This document shows positions 46,952 through 54,567 of a stretch of DNA of 57,696 nucleotides, piece after piece. The position numbers and the translations under genes are program-made. Each line of letters opens with the position of its first letter. Positions within the stretch are counted from its first letter, which is position 1. The notes beneath the pieces were generated by a model, which was given only the letters and a program-made list of their open reading frames with translations, was not told the origin of the DNA and made no database searches. Source of the DNA: Desulfuromonadales bacterium. GTDB taxonomy: Bacteria > Desulfobacterota > Desulfuromonadia > Desulfuromonadales > JAAXQG01. The DNA is taken from NCBI GenBank assembly GCA_012974445.1, contig JAAXQG010000299.1, positions 1 through 57,696 on the forward strand, read 5' to 3'.

Positions 46952-47467
46952 CTAACTGGGTTCACCGGGGCGCGAAAGATCATCGAGAAACCAGGAGAAG
47001 ATCTTCTGCAGAAAAGGAATCTGCCCGCGCAGGAGGTGATCGTCCGTCACCATATGAAGCTGGGCCCGGTGCCTGCGGGCAAACCGGGTGACATTTTCCG
47101 GCGGGACTACCGTATCGCCCCAACCGTGTACGATGGTGATTTTATCTGCCCAGGGCACGGGCTCCTGAACCTCGTAACCGGGCAAATAGACAGCAGGAGC
47201 CATCAAAAAAAGCCCCGAAGGCTTGATGGCCGCCGATGCCAGCAAGGAAACATAGGCTCCCATACTGGAGCCGACCAACACCACACGACCGGAATGATCC
47301 GTCAGACGCCGCAGTAGCATCTCCACCCGTTCCTGAGGATCAGCCACCCTGCGATAATCGAGGCTCTCGATATGAAAACCTCTGGACTTTCCGATTTCGG
47401 ACAAGGCGTTTATCTTGGCTCCCTGCGGTCCGCTCTCCTTGCCATGGGCAAAATAAATAACATCCAT
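46952..47467 (-). CDS. small alpha/beta-fold hydrolase (YqiA-like esterase)
   Basis: MDVIYFAHGKES..., nucleophile elbow GSSMG, HGWGDTVVP. Start trimmed from 47581 to ATG at 47467. Confidence 0.7.
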   Translation of the reverse strand: MDVIYFAHGKESGPQGAKINALSEIGKSRGFHIESLDYRRVADPQERVEMLLRRLTDHSGRVVLVGSSMGAYVSLLASAAIKPSGLFLMAPAVYLPGYEVQEPVPWADKITIVHGWGDTVVPPENVTRFARRHRAQLHMVTDDHLLRGQIPFLQKIFSWFLDDLSRPGEPS

Positions 47468-47645
47468 CGAAAAACCCCGTACCTTCCCTGAGCCCGGTCG
47501 CCCCATATCCAGGCGAGTCAATACTTCAACAAAGAGCCAGTATAGAGACAGATGGACCAAGGCGCAATCTCCTTGAGTCAAAATAACTCATGAAGAACAG
47601 TCGACTAACTTGCTTTGGGCCAAGGGGCGAACAAATTAACTAAGA

Positions 47646-47802
47646 GTCTGTCGGACTATGCGGGCTGAAGCGAAAATCTGGATCTTTGAGGGCAGCTTTT
47701 AGCTCTTTTGAAGGTTCATAGCCGTCGCTATGGACCGAAAACGAACTGAATGATGAACCAAAGAGCTGAATTTGCAGCCAGCTCATGGATAGTCCGACAG
47801 GC
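47646..47802. repeat. 157-nt imperfect nested inverted repeat (long hairpin) abutting the MBL-hydrolase stop codon
   Basis: Outer stem 47646-47659 gtctgtcggactat / 47789-47802 atagtccgacaggc (13 Watson-Crick pairs + 1 G-U). Inner stems agctcttt 47701-47708 / aaagagct 47760-47767 and ggttcat 47713-47719 / atgaacc 47753-47759. 33-nt apical loop. Confidence 0.65.
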
Positions 47803-47804
47803 TC

Positions 47805-48695
47805 CTAGGGACCATGATCCAGATAAATCAGGGTGGCGAAATCATCCCCACTCAGCAGCCCTGCCCCCCATCTGGCATCGAAGGTTGCGGTGGGACGCGC
47901 AAGCGTCAGAGCATCAAGGTTCATTCCGGCAGCCTTGAGTACGGCAACCCGGTCCACAATGGTACGCAGCATGTACCGGTACGCCCTGAGATCTTCGGCC
48001 CTGGCCACAGGGCCGTGCCCAGGGATAATCAGACTGTCCTGATCGACCAGGGCGAGAGCTCGATCCACAGCCTCGATGAGCCCCTCGGCGCTGCCGCCGG
48101 AGCCGAGGTCGATAAAGGGGTATCCCTCACTGAAAAAAATGTCTCCCAAATGAAAAACGTTGGCCTTACGAAAATGAACGATGGCGTCCCCATCGGTATG
48201 GGCCTCGGGCAGGTGATAGACCCGGACCAGCTCATCACCCAGATGAAAGCTGAGATCCTGGCTGAAACTGATCATCGGAAGTGCAACCGGAGCAGAGGCC
48301 GGGACAGTCGATGAGAAAAATTCGATGAATTGATCCGTGCTCAGACGTTTTCGAACATTATCATGGGCAACGATGATCGCCCCGGACTGGCCGAAGAACT
48401 CATTGCCTCCGGTATGATCCTGATGCCAATGGGTGTTGAGAAGCAAACGGACCGGCTTAGCCCCGAGGGCTTCGACCGCACTGCGGATCGCCTTCGCTGC
48501 CGGAGCGTACTGGTCATCGACGAGCAGGGAGCCCTGGCTGGAGCTAAGCAGGGCCAAGTTGCCCCCCTGCCCTCGAAGGATGTAGACATCAGCTCGCACC
48601 GCCTCAAAACTTGGATCCCCGACGGGGCCGCCCAGGGCCGAGACCGGAAAAGCGCTGAGCAGCAGAAGCAATACAGCGAACAAAACCTGAATCAT
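47805..48695 (-). CDS. secreted MBL-fold metallo-hydrolase
   Basis: Signal peptide MIQVLFAVLLLLLSAFPVSALG; NTHWHQDHTGGN (HxHxDH). ATG at 48695 has AAGGAG 7 nt upstream. Confidence 0.85.
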   Translation of the reverse strand: MIQVLFAVLLLLLSAFPVSALGGPVGDPSFEAVRADVYILRGQGGNLALLSSSQGSLLVDDQYAPAAKAIRSAVEALGAKPVRLLLNTHWHQDHTGGNEFFGQSGAIIVAHDNVRKRLSTDQFIEFFSSTVPASAPVALPMISFSQDLSFHLGDELVRVYHLPEAHTDGDAIVHFRKANVFHLGDIFFSEGYPFIDLGSGGSAEGLIEAVDRALALVDQDSLIIPGHGPVARAEDLRAYRYMLRTIVDRVAVLKAAGMNLDALTLARPTATFDARWGAGLLSGDDFATLIYLDHGP

Positions 48696-48761
48696 GACAG
48701 ACTCCTTTTGCGCCCCCTCCTGCATACAAGGGTACCGCGCCAAGAAAGGCTGTCGAGGAGC

Positions 48762-49199
48762 TCAATCGTTGCTGCCGGGGCGGCATCGGTTCTTCTTGAG
48801 ACTGCTGTGTTTTTTCTTGGATTCCAGGCGTTTTCTCTGGGATGAGCGGGTCGGTTTGGTGGGGCGCCTCGGCTTGGGTCGAACTTTAGCCCTTGCGATC
48901 AGCTCATCCAGACGCTCCAGGGCCGCCTCCCGATTGCGCTGCCGAGAGCGGAACTCACTGGCCTCGATGACCAGCTCCCCCTCCCTGGTCATGCGCGACC
49001 CGGCAAGCACGCTCAGCCTGGAAACCACCGCAGGAGCCAAACTGCGCCCGCCGCTGACACGAAAGCGCAGCTGCACCGCGGTAGAGGAGGTATTGACCTT
49101 CTGCCCCCCTGGACCCGAGGCGCGGATAAACTGCTCGGTCAGATCGCAGGCATCCAGCACCGTTCCCGAGGGGAGTATGACTGAGCCCTCGGCACTCAA
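48762..49199 (-). CDS. arfB: alternative ribosome-rescue factor ArfB (peptidyl-tRNA hydrolase, GGQ domain plus basic tail)
   Basis: RASGPGGQKVNTSSTAVQLRF and a Lys/Arg-rich C-terminus. Overlaps the MaoC stop by 4 nt. Confidence 0.88.
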   Translation of the reverse strand: MSAEGSVILPSGTVLDACDLTEQFIRASGPGGQKVNTSSTAVQLRFRVSGGRSLAPAVVSRLSVLAGSRMTREGELVIEASEFRSRQRNREAALERLDELIARAKVRPKPRRPTKPTRSSQRKRLESKKKHSSLKKNRCRPGSND

Positions 49200-49678
49200 G
49201 CGGGGGGATAGACCCGGACGATGGACTCGGCCACGCAGGCGGGCTTGTCCCCTGCCTCGATCTCGACCTCGAGTCTATAGAGAATCTGAACGGCGCCGCC
49301 TCCGACCGCTTCGGCGGATTCGATGCGGGTGCGGGCCCGGATGCGGCTGCCGGCCCGCACAGGAGCAGGAAAGCGCACCCGGTTCAATCCGTAGTTCACC
49401 CGGTAGCCCATGCCGGGATAGTTTTTCTGAAAAAAATCGGGATGATTGCTCTCGGTGAGAAAAGGCAGCAGCGAAAGGGTCAGGTAGCCGTGGGCCACCG
49501 TGGTGCCGTAGGGCGACTCCTTGCCGGCACGGACGGGATCGGTGTGGATCCACTGCATATCACCGGTCAGCTCGGCGAAGCGGTCGATACGCTCCTGATC
49601 GATGTCAAGCCAGGGCCCTACATGAATTTCACGCCCCAACTGAGGCTCGAGGTAGCAAAGCAGCTTGCGTGCAGACAT
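49196..49678 (-). CDS. MaoC-family (R)-specific enoyl-CoA hydratase/dehydratase
   Basis: FAELTGDMQWIHTDPVRA...TVAHGYLTLSLL hot-dog fold motif. Confidence 0.85.
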   Translation of the reverse strand: MSARKLLCYLEPQLGREIHVGPWLDIDQERIDRFAELTGDMQWIHTDPVRAGKESPYGTTVAHGYLTLSLLPFLTESNHPDFFQKNYPGMGYRVNYGLNRVRFPAPVRAGSRIRARTRIESAEAVGGGAVQILYRLEVEIEAGDKPACVAESIVRVYPPA

Positions 49679-49683
49679 GGGAA

Positions 49684-50682
49684 CTACTCCTTTCGCTTCG
49701 CGGCAAGTACCGTAGAATACAAGGGAATTTCAATCTCCAGGCGCTCAATGCTGCAAAGGCCAGCCGCCTCGAGCATGGCGCGCAGCTCCCGCTCCCGATA
49801 GGAGCGCCCCCCTTGCGTGTTGAGCAGCATATTCAGGGAAAAGAGCGCAGGAAACAGGGGCGCCGCCCCAGAATCGTCCAGGATGAATTCGTGAATCAGC
49901 AGCAGCCCTCCAGGCTCCAGGGCCTGAGCCGCCTTGCTCAGGATCAGGGCGCAGTTCTCGGGACTCTCGCCATGGAGAATATGAGAAAGCCAGGCCACGT
50001 CAAATCGCCCCTCGATCTCATCGGCCAGGAAGTCCCCACCCTGAAAACGAACCCGATCATCGAGATTGAAATTCTGCGCACAGCGGGACTCGAAAGGCTC
50101 CGAGGTAGGTAGATCGAAGACCAGAGCTTCGAGCTCGGGGTTCTGGCGGCAGAAATGAAAGGCGTAGGTCCCCGGTCCTCCCCCCAGATCAAGCAGCTGA
50201 CGCTTGCCCTGCAGATCGATCTGGGGCACCAGAGCCGGAGCCACCAGGGAGGCCAGGTTGGACATCCCCATGAGAAATGCCTCGCGCTGGACGGGATCTC
50301 CGTCGCTTGCCCCGTCGCGCAGCGGCGCTCCGCTGAGCACCGAGAGATCCAGCTTCCCCCAGGCCTCGACCAGGTAATGATGATGCAGCAGAATGTCACC
50401 CAGGTAATTGGGGGAAGTTTTTTTGCAGAGATAGCGCAGGCTGAAGGGGGTATTGCCGTAGGTCTCGGCGGACTTGTGCAGCAGCCCCAGGGCCGCTGCG
50501 GCATCCAGAAGCATGGAAAGGGCCCGCTCGTCGGCACCCAGGGTCTCAGCCAGAAGCTCCGCACCCATAACCTTCTTGCCCAGAGCGCCAAAGAGATCGA
50601 GTTTGACGCAGGCATGAAGGGCACAGGAACCCCAGTAGCCCCCTGAGAGTTGAAGCAGTCTGTCCGCTGTCCAGTCTTCCAT
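49684..50682 (-). CDS. class I SAM-dependent O-methyltransferase (COMT/Methyltransf_2 type with N-terminal dimerisation domain)
   Basis: LLDLGGGPGTYAFHF (motif I) in a 332-aa protein with a winged-helix-like N-terminus. Confidence 0.8.
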   Translation of the reverse strand: MEDWTADRLLQLSGGYWGSCALHACVKLDLFGALGKKVMGAELLAETLGADERALSMLLDAAAALGLLHKSAETYGNTPFSLRYLCKKTSPNYLGDILLHHHYLVEAWGKLDLSVLSGAPLRDGASDGDPVQREAFLMGMSNLASLVAPALVPQIDLQGKRQLLDLGGGPGTYAFHFCRQNPELEALVFDLPTSEPFESRCAQNFNLDDRVRFQGGDFLADEIEGRFDVAWLSHILHGESPENCALILSKAAQALEPGGLLLIHEFILDDSGAAPLFPALFSLNMLLNTQGGRSYRERELRAMLEAAGLCSIERLEIEIPLYSTVLAAKRKE

Positions 50683-50714
50683 TGCGTCATCCTCCAGAAA
50701 AAAGGGTCATCGTA

Positions 50715-50987
50715 CTAGTCATCCTGCTGAAGCAATCCCTGCAGTTTAACAAGTTTTTCGTCCACTGCCCGGCGTACCTCCAGCTCTCCGAACATCCAGC
50801 TGAGCTGCCCTACCATCAGGCGAACATCAGCCAGCTCGCTGATGACCTCCGCAGCGCCCGCCTTGCCCCGGCGAAAGTGCTTGAGCACCGCAATGAGCTC
50901 GGCGCACTCCTCCACCGCCTGATCATACTGCCCCTCTTCTCCCCACTTGGCCACCGTAGCACGGTAAACGTCCTCCATATCACTCAT
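50715..50987 (-). CDS. small MazG-like nucleotide pyrophosphohydrolase-fold protein (tentative)
   Basis: 90 aa, all-helical, with an AVEECAELIAV (EExxE) ... ELADV pattern. Overlaps the cupin stop by 4 nt. Confidence 0.5.
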   Translation of the reverse strand: MSDMEDVYRATVAKWGEEGQYDQAVEECAELIAVLKHFRRGKAGAAEVISELADVRLMVGQLSWMFGELEVRRAVDEKLVKLQGLLQQDD

Positions 50988-51508
50988 GGACTCTCTTCTC
51001 CCCGAACGTCGCAGCCCCTTGCCCGCAGCGCTTCGGCCTGCTGCGCATTCAGGGGGCGGGGACGGTCCCGTTCGTGATTAACGATGCAGAAAAAACCGAA
51101 GGGCTCGTCAAAAGGATTGAGCAGCTGATGAGGATCTTCAGGGCAGACATAAAGGGTGTCGAGAAAACCGATTTCCACCATCTCCCCGGCCAGCAGCGTC
51201 CGGCCCCGGCCCCGCAGGCCGATCACCACATGCTCGTGGTCGTGAACCTCCAGGGTGGAATGACCGCCGGGAGCGATCTCAAAATAACGCAGGTCAAAAC
51301 GGGCAGATTCCCCCCGCTCCCCGATGAGCACCTGCCTGGCCACCTCCATCCAGCTTCCATCCGGGGTCTTGTAGCGCTGCTGCTCCACTCCATCCCAGTG
51401 AAACCCCTCCCGGAAACGATAAAGGGCGCTGCGGTTGTCCCCGGGCGCTGAGGGCTTCCCGGCGCTCCAGTCACAGCTGAACCCGGCCGACTCGTTTTTC
51501 TCACTCAT
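50984..51508 (-). CDS. cupin-domain protein
   Basis: PGGHSTLEVHDHEHVVIGLRGRG cupin motif. Overlaps the upstream ADH stop by 4 nt. Confidence 0.7.
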   Translation of the reverse strand: MSEKNESAGFSCDWSAGKPSAPGDNRSALYRFREGFHWDGVEQQRYKTPDGSWMEVARQVLIGERGESARFDLRYFEIAPGGHSTLEVHDHEHVVIGLRGRGRTLLAGEMVEIGFLDTLYVCPEDPHQLLNPFDEPFGFFCIVNHERDRPRPLNAQQAEALRARGCDVRGEESP

Positions 51509-52551
51509 GATTCCTCCAGCAGTACCAGGGCCTTGAGGGATTCGCCCCCCCTGGCCGTGAGCGCAAAGGCCTCTCCGGCCTGCTCCAGCGAGAACCGGTG
51601 GGTCACCAGCTCCCGGGGACGGATCTGCCCGCGGGCGATCATATCCAGGGCGTCGCGGGTATCGAAGGGACCGCAGGAATAGGAACAGGCCAGGGTGATT
51701 TCGTTAAAATAGAGATAATGAGGCTCCAGGTTCAGAATTTCCCCCGGGGGCGTAGGGGTGAAGAAAACCACCGTTCCCCCTGGCGCGCAGGCCCGGATCC
51801 CCTGAGCCATGGCCGATGAGCTGCCGGGTCCGACGATGACCCGATGGGCTCCGACCCCGCCGGTGAGACGGCGTACCGCCTCGCCCAGATCCTCCTTCGA
51901 TACATCCACCAGAGCATCGGCCCCGGCCTCAAGAGCCTTCGAGAGCCGCCAGGGGTGCAGGTCGGCGGCGATGATCCGCCCGGCCCCGAAGGCGCGGGCC
52001 ACCATGATGTTGAGCAGCCCCATGACCCCCAGCCCCGTGACCAGCACCGTCTCTCCGGCCAGCAGGCCACTGCGGCGCAGCGCCTTGACGCTGCAGGCGG
52101 CGGGCTCCACCAGGGTCCCCCCTTCGAAGTCCACCTCCGGGGGCAGGATCAGGGTATCGGCCAGGTTGGCCGCAGGCACCCGGACGTACTGGGCCATCCC
52201 CCCCGGATCGAGGTGACTGGATTTCCACGTTGGGCAGAGGCTGTAGAGCCCCCGGCGGCAGCGCTCGCAGAGAAAACAGGGGGCATGATGATGTATGAAC
52301 ACCCGGTCCCCCGGCGCAAAGCCCTTCACCCGGCTCCCCGCGGCAACCACGGTGCCGGCAGGTTCGTGCCCCAGCACCAGCGGGGCCTTGGCACGGATGT
52401 ACCAGTCCATCACATCGCCGGAGCAGATACCACAGGCGGCGATACGCACCAGAATCTCATCCTCGGAGATGGCGGGGACAGGGCGGGACTCGATGCGCAC
52501 GTCCCCGAAATCATGGACCATGGCCACCTGCATCTGCTCGGGCAGCTTCAT
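51505..52551 (-). CDS. zinc-dependent medium-chain dehydrogenase/reductase (sorbitol/threonine-DH-like)
   Basis: CGICSGD...GHEPAG catalytic Zn site; CFLCERCRRGLYSLC structural Zn site; GLGVMGL NAD fold. Confidence 0.85.
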   Translation of the reverse strand: MKLPEQMQVAMVHDFGDVRIESRPVPAISEDEILVRIAACGICSGDVMDWYIRAKAPLVLGHEPAGTVVAAGSRVKGFAPGDRVFIHHHAPCFLCERCRRGLYSLCPTWKSSHLDPGGMAQYVRVPAANLADTLILPPEVDFEGGTLVEPAACSVKALRRSGLLAGETVLVTGLGVMGLLNIMVARAFGAGRIIAADLHPWRLSKALEAGADALVDVSKEDLGEAVRRLTGGVGAHRVIVGPGSSSAMAQGIRACAPGGTVVFFTPTPPGEILNLEPHYLYFNEITLACSYSCGPFDTRDALDMIARGQIRPRELVTHRFSLEQAGEAFALTARGGESLKALVLLEES

Positions 52552-53600
52552 GACAGCCCCCCGGGGCAGAGGGCATACTTGATCCCCTTTCCCTCAAGCA
52601 GCAGCTCCAGCACCTCTTCCAGACAGCCGAGGCTGCGCCGCGCACTGATCAGGGGACCCACATCCAGCACGCCCTCGACCAGAAGCTCCCGGGCCCGGCG
52701 AACGGCCTCGGGGGTAAAATGAAAGGCGCCGTCCAAGCGGATCTGATCGTAATGCAGCCGGGCCGTGTCGAAGCTGACCTTTGTCCCCGAAGCACAGCCG
52801 CCGAAGAGCAGCACCCGCCCTCCCTTGCGCACCATCTGCACCGAGTCCTCCCAGACCTGGGGCACTCCGGTGCACTCGATCACCTGAGCCACCCCGCGCC
52901 CGGCCGTGAGTTCATGTATCCGGGCCAGAGGGTCCGTCGACTGCACATCGATGACCTCGTCAGCGCCCAGCTCCCGGGCGAGTTGCAGGCGGTCGGCCCT
53001 GCGCCCCGCCACGATGACGCGGCCCGCCCCCCTGGCCTTGGCCAGCAGCAGAAAAAGCAGTCCGATGGGTCCGGCACCGATGATCAGCAGACTCTGCCCC
53101 GGAATTATGGGCTGAACCATGTCGCCATAAACCACGCAGGCCAGCGGCTCCAGAAAGGCCGCCTCCTCGAAGCTCAACTGCTGCGGCTTGGGGTAGAGAT
53201 TCTGTTTCACGATATGCGCCGGAAGCAGAATCTGCTCGGAGAAAGCCCCTAGCACCTTGGTCTCCATCAGGGTCGCGCAGAGATTCTCCAGCCCCTCCAG
53301 ACAGTCGGGACACTGGCCGCAGGGGGCCGTGTGCACCGCCATGACCGCATCGCCGACAGAGAAATCGCACACCCCATCTCCCACCGCCGCAACGGTGCCG
53401 GAGAACTCGTGGCCGAAAGGCGAAGGCAGGGGGATCTTGGGATGACCTCGGCGGTAGGTTTTAAGATCGGTACCGCAGGTAAGCGCGGCCTTAATATCGA
53501 TGAGCACTTCCCCGGGAGCGGGGACGGGCGATGACAGCTCACGGCAATCGATATTGCCGGGCTCCACCAGAACATAGCTTTTCAAATCAGAACCTCGCAT
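52548..53600 (-). CDS. zinc-dependent medium-chain dehydrogenase/reductase
   Basis: CGTD...GHEFSG; CGQCPDCLEGLENLC; GAGPIGLL. Start trimmed from TTG at 53609 to ATG at 53600. Confidence 0.85.
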   Translation of the reverse strand: MRGSDLKSYVLVEPGNIDCRELSSPVPAPGEVLIDIKAALTCGTDLKTYRRGHPKIPLPSPFGHEFSGTVAAVGDGVCDFSVGDAVMAVHTAPCGQCPDCLEGLENLCATLMETKVLGAFSEQILLPAHIVKQNLYPKPQQLSFEEAAFLEPLACVVYGDMVQPIIPGQSLLIIGAGPIGLLFLLLAKARGAGRVIVAGRRADRLQLARELGADEVIDVQSTDPLARIHELTAGRGVAQVIECTGVPQVWEDSVQMVRKGGRVLLFGGCASGTKVSFDTARLHYDQIRLDGAFHFTPEAVRRARELLVEGVLDVGPLISARRSLGCLEEVLELLLEGKGIKYALCPGGLS

Positions 53601-53811
53601 GCAAAGCAATTTCAGACAGGCATACTAATGGCCCCCCCTGACCACAGGCAATGCTTTTTTCTCAATGGAGGCAGAGCAGAACAGGGCACAGCTTGTTTTT
53701 TTGATTGCACACTCGCCGTACCGGCAACCGTTGATACTCTTTGCAGGGACGTTATAGTTCAAGGGAATTCAGATCCTGTTTTCTACCCACCTGCTATGAA
53801 CGGTATGCCCG

Positions 53812-54558
53812 ATGAAAATGGTTGCTGCAATGATCCTGCTTCTATGTCTCTCAAACAGTCTCTTTGCCCTGGATGTCGAAGAGCTGAATCTGATCACCGA
53901 AGAATATCCCCCCTTCAACTTCACAGAAGATGGCCGTCTCCAGGGTTTCGCCACAGACACCCTGATAGAAATGCTCAAAATTGTCGATTCCGACCCCAAG
54001 AAACACCGGATCACTTCCCTGTTCTGGGCTCAGGGATACAACCTAGCCCTGAAGAAAAAAAACACCCTGCTTTTCTCCATGGCCCGCACCGACTCCAGAG
54101 AGAACCTGTTTAAATGGGTGGGCCCCATCGTTCGCTCCGAGATCGTGGTGCTGGCACCCATTGGCGACAACTACAGCCTGAAGTCACTGGAAGAGATCAA
54201 CAGCGGCAACTACCGCATCGGTGTAGTGATCAATGACGTCGGCGAGCTGCTGCTTCTGGAGCAGGGAGTGAACCGTAAAAATATTCATCGGTTTATAAAC
54301 GGCCATTATCTGACCAGAAGTCTGAGTCAGGGCAAGCTGGACATGCTGGCCTATGAAAGAAAATCTGCTCTCTGGAATTTAAATGCTCTTGGAGACCAGC
54401 AAGAGTATGGGACGATCTATAATCTGAAGAAAGTTAACTACTACTACGCCCTCAACAAAAAAACGGATGACCAGGTCATCACTGAGCTTCAAAAGGCCCT
54501 GAATCAGCTCAGGAAAAGCGGCGCCCTGGATATCATTGCAGACAGATATGCTGAGTAG
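53812..54558 (+). CDS. orphan periplasmic solute-binding protein (SBP family 3-like)
   Basis: Signal peptide MKMVAAMILLLCLSNSLFA, then LITEEYPPFNF... typical of family-3 SBPs. No adjacent permease or ATPase gene. Confidence 0.75.
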   Translation: MKMVAAMILLLCLSNSLFALDVEELNLITEEYPPFNFTEDGRLQGFATDTLIEMLKIVDSDPKKHRITSLFWAQGYNLALKKKNTLLFSMARTDSRENLFKWVGPIVRSEIVVLAPIGDNYSLKSLEEINSGNYRIGVVINDVGELLLLEQGVNRKNIHRFINGHYLTRSLSQGKLDMLAYERKSALWNLNALGDQQEYGTIYNLKKVNYYYALNKKTDDQVITELQKALNQLRKSGALDIIADRYAE

Positions 54559-54567
54559 CCTGGAGCT

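Noticed and set aside
49944-50690. 248-aa same-strand alternative frame over the O-methyltransferase gene
   Set aside because: It is out of frame relative to the ORF that carries the SAM-binding DLGGGPG motif, and its composition is Trp/Pro/Arg-rich junk.
51844-52722. 292-aa plus-strand ORF and other frames across the two ADH genes
   Set aside because: Shadow ORFs in very GC-rich coding DNA. The minus-strand frames carry the complete MDR zinc and NAD motifs.
53610-53811. Sigma54 (-24/-12) promoter in the divergent region next to the sigma54-like fusion and ADH operon
   Set aside because: The closest string (gggcacagcttgttt) lacks the conserved GC at -12 with correct spacing. I found no TGGCAC-N5-TTGC match on either strand.
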